A DNA stretch of 64,000 nt from Cycas panzhihuaensis (Eukaryota > Plantae > Cycadophyta): positions 209,691,741 through 209,755,740 of the forward strand of contig CM041465.1 of assembly GCA_023213395.1 (NCBI GenBank). Reading direction: 5' to 3'. Positions 26,983 to 40,350 of the stretch are shown piece after piece (position 1 is the stretch's first letter; each line of letters opens with the position of its first letter). Made by a program: the position numbers and the translations under genes. The notes beneath the pieces are model-generated. The model ran no database searches, had not been told where the DNA came from, and worked only from the letters and a program-made list of their open reading frames with translations.

Positions 26983-29049
26983 CTTTGGTATCAAGTTTGA
27001 GTTTGAAATGTAACTTCTCAAAGGGATTTCTTAAGCCCCCCTTATTCTATTTCGATGGAACTTCCTTCACCACTTTTACATGCTATAGATTCATCATCCA
27101 ATCTAGCCTTTACTTATAACATGGTAAATAAAGTCAAGACATTCAAGTTTAAACTTCATTTAGTCATATAAGTTGAGTTTCCACCATTTATCATCTTGCT
27201 TTCTACTACTAACAAGAGATTTTAGTGAAAAAGGTCCAAATGTTTCACTATAACCACCCCTTTTGGCATCACTAGGTTCATATCTTGCTTTATTTACTTA
27301 AGCTATTTACTAGTTATGGTTTGTATTCATTCAATAGATGTCACTTAGTTAGCATTTTAGTTATCAGATCTTCTTTAGTTATTGTTTGATTGTTAAAACT
27401 TTAATTAGGACATGATTATCCATTTGTCATTTTGTTTTAAGTTATGAGAGTTGAAAGATTTCCAACTAGATGATTGGATGCATGTGATTGTGATGATATT
27501 TATTTATTGATGATTGATATCATGACGTAATTTTATGTTCTTGTCTAATATGATTCATAAAATTGTTCCAAGTGTTCCCTTTTTGATCATTTCTTTTTGA
27601 ATACTATCAAGTATTATAATTGATTTTAGTCTTATTTCTATGACTTTTTGACATTTTCCCTTCATGATCTAGTCTTTATTAAAGACATTACTACTTTTAG
27701 AAGGCCTAATAAGTTAGTTCTTACATTTTCTATTTCTTTTTCTATCTTTTTTAGCCTTTTTAGTGATATCATATTTTTGGTAATAATAAAAATATGATAA
27801 CCTTCATATTTTTCGTTTTATTTGTATTATCACACTTTTAGTTGAATATTATATTTTTTATCATCATGTCTATAAATTAAGAAACAAAATATAGATTTAT
27901 CATGTATTTTGATTTGATTTCTTCTAAGATTCATAACCTGGTATTGCCCTACCTACCTTGACTAATCCATGATAATCTTACCTTCCTCTATGTAAGATTT
28001 ATTGAGAAAAGTTAGCCTAAACCATGGGCTAAAATTATGGTTTTCTTATTCGCCCTCCTCCCTCTTTTTTCCTATAAATCCCTGTATATTTTTAAAATGA
28101 AGGGAGGAGAGCATTTAGATATAATAAAGTGCTACCAAAGTTTTTCTAACACTCCTTGCTAGTGACTTGTTGTTGATCGAAGTAGATTGGAAATCATCTT
28201 CTTGGAAGCTTGTGAACTCTATTCGAAAGATTATAAGACCATATTTATCTTAATTATTTCTTAGTTCTCAAATTTACCCCTCCACCTATTTTGTAAGTCT
28301 TATTCTCTTAGTTTCCATTAATTCTTTGGCTATATTCTTCTCTCCTATAACCTCTATTATTCTCAAGTTTCTCATTCTCACGGTACTTAGATCTCTCTTT
28401 ACAACATGTTGGATAGGAATATAACATCAATCTAAGGCACATTACACTTATTTTTATCAAGTTTGAAGTATCCTTTTGTAATTCAATGTTTATTTTACTA
28501 ATTAGAGTAGTTTACTTTGGCTTAATTAAAATAAAAAGGAAAAAAAGAGGCTTTTTTCATTGTAATTTCTATTATTTTCTATCAAGGTCTGCTTGTTTCA
28601 TTTACTCATTAAGTGATATGACTTGGGGATCAAACCAATTTTGATCTCTATCTTATTTTCACATTGTTGGAAGCATTAAAAGGGGTTAGTTTAAGGGATT
28701 GAACTAATTTTAATCTATAATATTAACTACCAAAGAGCCAAATTACTTGTCTACTATTTTTCTTATTCCCATTTATAATTTATAAAGAACTTCATCCTAA
28801 CAAAGGGTTAAATAAACCAAGCCAATTCTTTGCGAAGAGCCAAGCAGTAAGAAAAGTGACTTTTGATTAATTGAGTATCCTTACCCTCTTCAATAGAGTT
28901 TTAAAGAACTCATGGAATTCACTTATTATCAAAGTTTATTCATATGCAACAGAAATGTTGTTATACATTTTCTAAAATTACTTTTTTTTTTTTTCTTTTA
29001 AATATAATAATTTAAATATAAAATGGTTTTATATCTTCGATCAATTAAC

Positions 29050-30745
29050 TTCATTCTAAAATGGCGGTAATCAAAAGAGGATGAATCTATTACTTCATAG
29101 CTCTATTGGATGCCTCCTCGAAGGCACCTCCAACATATCCCATACTTCTTCCATATAACTTAAAGTTAATCTTTTATAATTTTTAGAATTATTCTAAAAA
29201 CCTTAATTGGTTTATAAATAAACCCTCTTCTTCCACATACTAGAGATGCACTTATATGGGTTCTAAAATTTTCTACCTATTAATATTATCCACCTTATAT
29301 CTTCTACATGTAATCAATTTGATCTCTTGTATTAATGAACAATATCCATTACTTCAATATACTCCAAGAATGTTACTACAATTTTGCTTTTCTCTATAGT
29401 TCTACATAATTATTATCTTCTTCATAATTTGTCTAAAATTTACTCACTCTTCTTAGGTCAATTTTATACTATAGGCCTACAACCTATTTCAACCTACTTC
29501 CTCATGGATTTTCACTTAACCTTCTGGTAGTGAATCCCTTAAACTAGGACACTTAAGACTACCTTTATAATATCATTGTCTCTAATAGCCTACATAACAC
29601 CATAAATTATCTTTAAGTAGTGAAGATTATTACCATGTGTGTGTGTACTTCATCATGAATTTGTTTCTCTTCTCATGGAAATATACTAATAAGTTTTGAT
29701 TATTGATAAATATTGGCTCAACTTTGAAGGGTGATCAAGCCTACATATGAGGCTACTTCTGATCTCTAACTTTCAAACTTATGGATAAATATTTGACACC
29801 TACATGCTTAACATAGGGCCCACATGCACAATAAAATATCCATAGAATGAAACAATATCAACAATATCTCATGCCAATTTTTTAGAGTTTAATCTTTAAT
29901 TTATATACAACTCTTCAATTTTAATGCACCTTAGCATTTATTGGTAATAATAGTTATAATCAGTTCCTTTAATTAGTGAGCTCCCCCTTGCTTTATATTG
30001 GCTTATAATTATACTTTTAATGATCTGCTACTTTTTTATCCCTCCTAAATCTATTTGCTTACATTAGAGGATACATCATACATGCTCATACCTACTCTAC
30101 TATGCTCTACTTCACTAGAACAAGCTCACTCCTACTCTAATATAATATCAGTCCAACTTAGAGATTAGCTCTAATACCATATTAGAAAATGGATTAGAAT
30201 TGATTTGATACCATGTTAAAATTCTGGGTCTAATATCATCATCATACAATATTAAACACTTCATTAGATACAAAAATATTGATATGTAAGCATTCATTAT
30301 TAATTCTAATACATCACATGATTACGAATAGGGCATATAACATCAATAATAGAGAAGGAAGTATAAATCAGGAATATAATATTGAGACATAAGATTTCCA
30401 TTAGTAGAATATCAAGTTGAGAAAACATCCATTTCAAATGTATGAGATGCCATTAATAAAATATGTATAATGAAGCATGTGATAAGACCATACTCGTTTC
30501 CATTAAGGAAGCATTAGGTGTCTTCATAACTAACCTTGAATAAGTTATTCCCTTTTATATAAATAGGTCACCTTACCAATGAAGTTACACTAAACATTAA
30601 CCAATCATATCGTATATGAGAACCATTATATCAACTAATCAAATGAGTATTTATATAATAATTAGTTTTGCATACATATTTGTAACTTTGAGAGAGTATA
30701 TCTAATGATTTTACTACAATAATATGATCACTAGACAACCTAACA
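29050..30745 (-). mobile_element. Truncated LTR element D: putative 5' LTR (~30180-30745), PBS and decayed internal sequence
   Basis: Minus-strand PBS TGGTATTAGAGC at 30168-30179. LTR-like segment ending CCTAACA (+ strand) at 30745. No partner LTR found; left boundary is a guess. Confidence 0.55.
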
Positions 30746-33700
30746 TGAGCATCATGGATTGACTATAGATTAAACATTCTTTTCCAATGCTCATGAACCT
30801 CCAATTAATACAAAAATTTGGTTTAGGTGTGCTTAATAATAATTGTCTTTATCTTAAAATTTCACTTAATTTAGATATCAAGAGTGAATGTTATGACGAA
30901 GATAACAAGTTGCTACCCCTACATGCATGCTATATAAGCCCAATATAATAGATATTCATATATGTAAGTACTCTTGGATCTTAGAAAGTGAAGAGGGAGA
31001 TGAGCTATTCATATTTAAGAGGGGATGTACTTAGTTACTATATGGTTTAGTAATTAATTTATAATCATAGGTGCCCTGTAACATAGGGGTTGAGGTATAA
31101 GTTGACAACATAAAAAATAAATCACATGAACTAGAGTAAACAACAAATATAAAATTATACTTGGTCACTTCAAAGGCCTAAAAATTAGGAAATAGGTAGA
31201 TAACTATATTTTATATAATGCATATTAGTATTCGAGGTAGTGTATTACCATTTAATTTTATATAAATCTCTTACTTATTCGAATTCAATAAATGAGTCAT
31301 ATAGGTAACGTAATAATCTATAAAATATGAAAGTAGTATAGACTCAAGATACCCTTCTAATCTAGTGAAAATTTAAGCAAAATACCTAAATAAACAAGAA
31401 GTAATTAGATGAAGTTTTGTGATTTTAGCTACACTAGAATCGATAAAGCAAGGATTGATTAGAATGAATATGAGAATAATAGGGCTATAAGATATGCCTA
31501 GTCTAGTGGTAAGTTATTGGAACTTGTATTGAAAAGGTTTTCACCTATTCAAGGCTACTTGCATCTAGTTAGCTTCATACAATCTCATAGGAATAATAAG
31601 TAAAAGCCATCAATCAAGAGATATAAAGTAGTTGCAACACTTTGTTCTCTAAATTATATGTAAATAAGGAAGAATGGTTTGTCCCTAAGTACCATGGCCT
31701 TGATGGAGATAAAAATGAAAGGCTAACTCACCCCAAGGGTATAAGACCAATTGGCATGCAATTGATCCCTTCATAAGGAATGAGTGTGTATAATATAATA
31801 TACAAAAATATAAGTAAACTATCAAATTAGAGTTAAATACTACATCTAATGTATTAGAATTAGAGCTAAATACCACATCCAACATTGTAGTATCAAAAAG
31901 CCCATGGTTGAATCCATTAGAAAAGACATTTTTAGAGTTTACTTTGACTTATTTTAAAAAGCTTATTATTTGCTATTTTTAAAGCCTTTTAAAATATTTT
32001 GTTTAGAATCTTTTTTGCCTATATTGTGACATGTATTATGTCATTTTTTGAAGAGTTATAGATATGTTTTTAAGGCTCATATTAAAGGACTTTTAGGGGT
32101 AAAACATTTAAACTTGTTTGCATATTTTTAGGGTATTTATATTGCATATTTTTTAGTTTTTTAGGGCATTTTTGAAGCTATAAAAAAGAGAAAATATATG
32201 GTAAAAAGGGCAGATATTGATATGTTGAGAAATATATTTTTCATGATTGATTTTTTATTCATGTGGGTCTAAAATAATGTTACATACACGTTTTCTTATT
32301 GAAGGCCATAAGATTTTTTTTTTGAAGTTGTAGATTAATGAAAAATGGAGCAGATTAGGTACTCATGTAGGCCTAATTACCTTGCAAAGTCAATAAGTTT
32401 GTCACAATAAAAAAAAAAGAAAATAAAGAAAAAAGGGTGTTTTTAATAGCTATTTGAAGCTATAATTTTTGTAAGAATATATCTTATTACAACTACCATA
32501 AAACTTTATAGGGTTCATGTAAAAAGGTGGAAATATGAAAAATAAAATATATGAAAATAAAAAAAAAATCCTTATATAATTAGAAAGTCTAAGAAGCATT
32601 TTTTTACTTGTATTCTTAAAAAGAAGAAGCCTCTCTCTCTGTTTATTTTTCTCTCTCTCTACACACACACACACATTTTTGAAAAGTGAAAGTTATTATA
32701 AAACTAGTATAGAGTGGTTAAAATCCCCATATAAGGTTTGAATGAAAAGTATATTAGTTGCTAAAAAGAGGTAATATAGTTTTTTTTACTGAGATAAAGA
32801 CTTATCTAGCTTCTAATGGCTTACAAATATATTCCTAATATTACTATTCAAAAAAAAGGAAGGATGAAAAACAAAAAAAAAACTTGTGAAAAATGTGGTA
32901 AGGCCAGGTGAGAATGATGAACTTATTACACAAGGAAGAGACACTTAGAAGGGCAAAGGTTAAAAAGAATGTAGAGATGCTATGATTGTAGAGGGTAAAA
33001 ACCCTTAACATAATGGTATATAAGGATGCCCCATGAAATCCACATCAAGGATGCATTAATATAGAATAAATATTAATGAGGAACATATATCCACTGTGAG
33101 GTATTAAAAGTTTTTAGATGTAGAGAATATTGAAGCATAATAGTAAATTCACCAAGTGAGGGTAAGATAAAGAGTAAATACAATGATTAAAGTCTCAAAA
33201 TGAGTTGAGCAAGTTATAGAAGATGCCCATAAAACTAAAAGATAGAGTAAAAAGTATGATGAGAGGAATAATAAAACCCCCCATACCTCAAATGTTGTAG
33301 CATACTAGTAGCTTAAAACCCATGGTATTTTCAACATTGATAACATGGTATATTGACCTAAGTAGCATGAGGAATATGCGAGCTAATGAAATATACATTA
33401 TTTTGAGGGTATATTATTCTAACAAGCTAACTATGCACTTGAAAAAATAAAAAAATTTAATGATATTTGATTTTTAATTGGAATCCACTAAAGCCCTTTA
33501 TGGAGAGAACCCCTAGTTATATAAAGCACCTACATAACTAGAAGCTTTAATATAAAAGGGTCTACAACTTGATTTTTTAGCCTTTCATATTTGTTAAAGA
33601 GACAAGCTTATGTTTTTTGCTATATCTTCAATAAATAAAGTTGAATTTTAGTATCAGAAGTTGCATTGGGAAGTTGGATTAACCCTCTTTAAACTGATAG

Positions 33701-34171
33701 GTTATTTAAAGTAATTTAGAGTTGATTTGCTATAGAAATATTAGCTCAAAATCAAGATGAGTATTTTATTAGTTTTAGGCACATTTATCTTTTTTCAAAG
33801 GTTCTAAATCATTTGATGATGTTTTTTATTACTATATTAATATGGAAAAAATATAAACTTTTATGTCATAAGATCTAGGATCTAGAGAACCCCAATTTAT
33901 ATTAAATTTATAAAAAATTATCATTAGGGAGAGTTATATTAAGTTTAGTGACATTCCTTCATAATTATATTTGTATCAATATAACTTATATTATTGGATA
34001 TATGTAAGTCCATAATGGTATTGTGAAGCCAAAAGGACCTTTTATCATGTAATTCTAGCTATTAGGTGTTGATGATATTGTATCTTTAGTCAATAGTTAC
34101 TAAACAAGCTACTCATAATCCCATTTATAATTATGTAATTATATATTACAGGGGGAAGAGAGGTGGGGGAA

Positions 34172-34568
34172 TGTTAGATAATAATATCTAATTATATTTA
34201 TTGTTATCCTAACCCTTTTGATACTCTCTCAAATATTTAGTAAATTTTATATTTATATCACCTAAACATATGTGCTACTTAGAAAATGTACTAGCATACA
34301 TAGGTTGACTTAAAGGGTTCTTTGCATAAGGTAAGCTATTTTAGAAATATGTATATCATTCTTTCAATAAGATAAAGTTTTATCATTCCTCCATATATCT
34401 TGTGTACTATTTATTTGCATATATCTCATCTTTTATTTTTTATTTGTTTAACTTATACTTATCTCTTTTGTCTATTTCAAGTTCTTATTAGGTCTATCTT
34501 CCATTGCTATTTACTTTCTCATTTATATCCCAATATTTTATTATTAAAGTTAGAAAAAATTTCCAACA
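34172..34568 (+). repeat. Putative LTR flanked by a PPT and a PBS-like motif
   Basis: Purine tract AGGGGGAAGAGAGGTGGGGGAA (34150-34171), then TGTTAG...TTCCAACA, then AAG-TGGTATTAGAC (34572-34582). Confidence 0.5.
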
Positions 34569-35149
34569 AAGTGGTATTAGACTTGAATGCCACATATAAC
34601 ACTCACAACATGTAATAAATTAGACAAGAAAATAAGTTAAAATCCTAGAGAAATAGGTTCAAGAGTGAGATAAGAGGATTTAAAATAATCACAAAAAAAG
34701 GCATGTAAAAACACTCTCCAACTCTCTTATAGGCAAGGCTTATGATATCATAAAAGAGAGAAGATCTCTCCACACTTTAATGCACACACAAGATTAAAGG
34801 TTTAAAAAATGGAGATAGAGTGGAGCATATATCAAATAATCAAGCCACTGTATTGCATGAGCATAAATAGAGTATTACAGTCAATCCATTGTTGAGAGTA
34901 TATATAACTTTCTAAACGAAGGTGGTGTCAAAAGAAACCAGGGTTTGTCACCCCAGTAAAGATATAGTTTAAGGGAGGAGGGAAATGTCCTCAACCTCTA
35001 AAACTTAAAATATAATAAAATAATGTTTAATTAAAGTAACTTTAACCTTACCTTACTTACCTTCACATGTGTGCACTCACATGTCAAATGGTGGGAGTGG
35101 GGTGACGAATATTAACCCTAACATTCTCCCCACTTAATGGTCATCACAA

Positions 35150-35825
35150 ATATCTTCATTTTTTCATGAACTTGTGGTACTTGAACTTGAAAAAAAATTT
35201 GAATGCTTGTCCTCTAGCTTTATCATCATCAACTTGCCTCATCCTTTTGGTAATGTGTATCTTTTTAACATTGAGTGGTACAAATGACATCCAAGTAGGT
35301 GCAGCTTAATTTGAATGAGAATGAATGACTGCATCTTTAACTTTATTATTTATAATCTTTGTTTTATGAGTAATGATCATGTCCAAGTGTTTCTCATAAG
35401 GTTTCTCCACCTTAAATGAAGGATAATCTTCACATGCAACAAGGCGATCGTTCATTTGATTTAAATCTTCTTCCTTAGTCTTTTCTTCACAAATAACCTA
35501 CTCTGACATCTGTCTCATATGCTTAACAATATCAAAGTTAAATTTATTTACTCCCCTATAAATATAATCTAAGGTGTTCCATATGGATTTGAAAGTTGTC
35601 ATTCCATAAACTTTAGAAAAAAACATTATCATCTATAGTGTAAAATAATATAGTTAAGGCTTTATTATCCTTTTTTATGTGCTCTTTAGTATTAAGTTCA
35701 TATCCGTTTTGTAGATATCTCCAAAGATGATTTGTGATAAAGTAAGTTTGTATTATTTTACGCCATTATTAAAAATCATGGCCATCAAATATAGGAAATC
35801 ATATTTGATTTAGATTCATTACCAT
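35150..35825 (-). pseudogene. copia gag N-terminal relic of element F
   Basis: MVMNLNQI*FPIFDGHDF**WRKIIQTYFITNHLWRYLQNGY...KKDNKALTILFYTIDDNVF...KSIWNTL, typical of a copia gag N-terminus. Confidence 0.8.
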
Positions 35826-36080
35826 TTGTATAGAAAACTTTAGTACATAATAATAAAGAAAAGAGAATTTCAAATAGATAAAACCTTAAATGATTTCAAT
35901 ACGAATACAAGTAGATAATAAAGATATTCCAAAAAGAATGTAAGCAAAGGTCAATAAGTTATCAATGATGTGGTCTTTCCAATAACTTCTAAGAAAATGA
36001 TGTAATCCCTTTAAAAATGAAATGTTCTAAAATAAAGTACACTACCAACTAGATGCTACTTTTATAAGTGCAACAAATAT

Positions 36081-36189
36081 ATGAACTTTTTAATAATGAT
36101 GAATAAAGAATGCTTTCAACAAGTGTATGAACTTTTCAACAATGATGAATAAAGAATGTTTTCAACAAGTGTATGAACTTTTGAATAAA
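36081..36189 (+). repeat. 46-bp tandem duplication (~2.3 copies)
   Basis: ATGAACTTTTCAACAATGATGAATAAAGAATGTTTTCAACAAGTGT repeated. Confidence 0.85.
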
Positions 36190-36489
36190 ACATATACCTT
36201 TAGAAGAAATCAAAAACTTAATAAATCAATGAACTTATAATGTATAATTTCAAATACACTTTGAAATAGAATGATTATATAAGCAAACTTGCAAAGTAAC
36301 TAAGATTTTTAAATATGCAAATCTCAAATAAAACTTCTTGATGATGAAGAAATAGAAAATTAATAAAATTTAAGCTTTTGATTTTTCAAATGAATAAACA
36401 CTATCTTGAGCAAGAAAATGACCAAAATTTTTAATGTAAGATGAATAATTATTACTTTGTGACCACAATGAGAATTTATGAGATAGAAA

Positions 36490-36494
<5 letters not shown>

Positions 36495-36547
<53 letters not shown>
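36495..36547. repeat. (AT)n microsatellite
   Basis: Perfect AT run. Confidence 0.98.
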
Positions 36548-36551
<4 letters not shown>

Positions 36552-38205
36552 TATTCTTTAGAAAGATGAAAAAATATAAGGAATAAACTTCCAAAATAGA
36601 GAATTGTACCTGCTTTAGTATGGAGGACCACTTAACTTGTTGCTCATCTTAGGTGTACGTGATCGATCTTCTACTACAAATTATTTTAGAAGAAACTATA
36701 TAAAAACCAAATAAAATCTTAAAACATGTATCATGAGTAATCAATAAGGTAAATAAAACTTAGTTATAAGAAAGAACTCCTTAAAGGGTTAAGAGGACAA
36801 TCCTATTAGGATAAATCAAATGCTCAACTTGATTAGATTCAAAGCTATACTAAACAATATCAACATAAGATAAGATTATACCATATTGAAGAGTAATAAA
36901 ATATCTATCCAATGGATTTGATCGTTTGGAAAATGATTTCCTGCAATTCAAGATTTTAATGCATAAGTGAAATGACCCCTTTTTGGGGCTTAACGAGAGC
37001 TAGGCGACTCAAAAGGTCATGAACTACTAATAAGATCTTATAAAATAATGTAGAAATGATCAAATATAAACTAAAGAGCTTCTTAATATACTTTGAGTCA
37101 ATAAACTTAAGAAATAATGTGTAAAAATATATAATAATGATAAACTATGAGCTTTTATGTACCTTAACTTTGTCTACTTTGAATGCCTACAAGAAAACTT
37201 CAAAACTTATAAATAAATATGTCAGTTCAAAGAGAAATGAGTTAGCTTACCAACTAAACTAATGGATTTGAAATCTAGTATTAAACAGAAAAGCTATATC
37301 AGAAATAGTAAAAGGTACTTTTTATGTTAATAACTTAAAAGCTTGAGGAAAAAAGTAATTGACTTTAACTCATTAAAATTAGGTCAAATCAGCTCCAAAG
37401 GTAGCAAATAACTAGTCTAAACTATAACCCACAAAATTCTAGACATAAAAGGATAGGTTTCATCAGAAACTAGTACCCCAGTGAAAAGATAGTACAAAAA
37501 AGAGCCAAGTACCCTATGTATTAAGGAAAAAAAAAAAAAAAAAAGAAAGTTTATAACCTTAAGATAACCCCTTTTAATAAACAAGCTATGGGTCACATGG
37601 GCTAATGTGATTGGGGGCTAACACCTTAAGGGAGCTAAAAACTTAACAAAGGAATTTAAAAATTTATAAAGAACATTTAAATTCTTTTAACTAAGGTAAT
37701 ATTGAACCAAATCTTATAATGTCAATTAAACACGAATAATGTTGTTTAACGGCTGAGGTGATTTTCAACTAACTGAATTATAGAAAAGTAGATGGCAAGG
37801 CTTCAAATCTTCATGCAGATGAGGGGTTCCAACACCTTAAGTAACAATCAATCTAAAAAGATTGAGGAAACAAGGATTTGATCATGTTAACCAATGATGA
37901 AAGCGAATAACACTAATATGCTGAATTCAAATAACAAACTACGTAGTTGAACATAGGTAAAACGATGACTAAAAGTTGATAGAATCGATCAAGCAAGATG
38001 TAGACGAAGGGGTTGATGAGGCTACCACATAGATCTGTCCATATTAAAATGGAAAGAAGGAGGACGCTAAAGGACGATGATAATGCAGAGCAAATAGAGG
38101 AGAACAATGAAGAAAAAATTGATCAATTTAATCAAAATATAGATTGAAGAGGGTGCGGGGGGGAATACCAGTAAACACTCGATTCAAAGCCAAAAAATGA
38201 GGAAA

Positions 38206-38330
<125 letters not shown>

Positions 38331-40159
38331 TTATGAAAAAAAATGTAGACGGTGGCTAACCAGAGAGCACAATAATAATATAAAGATAGAAATGATTGCT
38401 CACACTCCAAATCTAAGATGAGATAGACCCACAAGAGGCGCCCAATTAAATATAACTAGAATGTGCAATTTTTTTTTTTTAAATTTTAAGAAAAATAATA
38501 AAATAATAAAGAACCTAAGAAACACAAGCCTAAGATGATTTTGGAGGTAGGATCTCACCAATGAAGAGATAGAATCTGACAAAACTGGAGGAGTATCTTA
38601 ATATAGTTGATGGAAAGATTCTTATCAAATTTCATGACAAACAGAAGCTTATGCACAGAGAATGAAGCTCTAGATCCCAAGGAGGTTGTACGCCTTTATG
38701 GAGACTATACGGCCCAAGAAATGCTTAAAATTAGACTGAACTTGCTTGGTCTATCTTGTATTAGACCTGCACCGCTATCACACAAAAAAACTGATGAAAA
38801 AAGAAGCCAAAACAAGCAAAGAAGAGAAGGGGTAGTGGGTTTTATTGTAAAAAAAAAAGCTGAGCTTCCAGGAGGGAGATCTCTTTGTTAGAGCATCAAA
38901 AATTAAAATCGTCAAATTTAATACAGAGCTAACTCAAAGAGCTTCGAAATGACTGGTGATTTGCTAGGGTTTCATTCATTGTGGAGACTACACCAACCTG
39001 TAAAAGCATAAGTTCCTTGCCAAACCTTAAAAAAATGGTGAATAGATAATAAAATCTTATAAAATATCAAATGAAATCTCAGTATAACTTCTCCAAAAAC
39101 TTGTTGGGTTGAATATATAGCAATTATTACATAGATCTAAAAAATATTGAGTAAATAGACTAAATACACTAAAAATAGCCTAATATTTAACAAAATCTGT
39201 AAAACTTATTAATAGAAACTTTGTAAAATGATAAGATCTTAAATATTTTACTGATTGTGGCTGTGATCCTACATAAATCTATGAAAATATGGGTTATTTT
39301 GTAAATATAAATTAGAAATAATCAAATTTTTAATGAAAAATAACATAAGAAACTACTAATAAGCTTTATAGAAAATGAATAGAACTAATATTTGACTTAC
39401 TGTGAGTAGATCTACTTTAGAAACTAATGGATCTTCTTACTCTCAAAAAATGACTTCAACGGGCCAAAATCTGAGCTCTAATACTAAATCAAGAAGTTGG
39501 AACATGGATGCTTTGATACCAAACAAAGGTTTGAAAAATGGAGATAGAGCGGAGTATATATCAAATAATCAAGCCATTGCATTGCATGAGCATAAATAAA
39601 GTATTACTGTCAATCCATTGTTGAGAGCATATACAACTTTCCAAAAGAAGGTGGTGTTAAAAGACACCAAGATTTGTCACCCCAGGAAACCTCCTCAACC
39701 TCTAAAATTTAAAATATAATAAAATAATGCTTAACTAAAGTAACTTTAACCTTACCTTACTTACCTTCATACGTGTGCACTCACATGTGTAAATGGTGGG
39801 AGTGGGTGATGAACATTAACCCCAACAAAAGAGCTAACCAAAGCTCAAGAATCTACTTTAAATAAGTAATAACTTGTAAAAGTGAGCTCTAAAAAGTTCT
39901 AGATTCTATATGAACAAATGCTTATATAGACAAAATTGGCTAATAATTTTATTAAAATACTATGGTATTATATGTACATAGATTTCTCCCATAGTTTAGG
40001 ATCTCAAAATTAGTAAATTAGGAAAAAAATCTTAGATTTTAGGTGAAAATTAGTCTTAAAAAAAATGTAAATGGTTCTATGACAAATCAATGAAACATTA
40101 CAATAAGCACGTGACACAATAATATTTCAGAGAAAGTACCATGTTAGAAACTATCATAG

Positions 40160-40350
40160 TTGACATAGCACTATGATTTATTAACATGGCACTATAACTT
40201 ATTAGAGTATATGCTACATTGAAAAGCTATCTTAATTAACATGGCACAATGAATTTCAACATAATATTACAACTTGTTAGTGCATATGCTACATTACAAG
40301 TTGACTTAATTAATATGATATCATGATTAAGCAACATGGCACCATAGTTA
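40160..40350 (+). repeat. Degenerate tandem repeat with AACATGGCAC / ATATGCTACATT subunits
   Basis: AACATGGCAC recurs three times and ATATGCTACATT twice, at ~74-bp spacing. Confidence 0.6.

Noticed and set aside
31900-34140. Possible DNA-transposon (hAT-like) relic
   Set aside because: No convincing transposase motif, terminal inverted repeat or TSD could be read.
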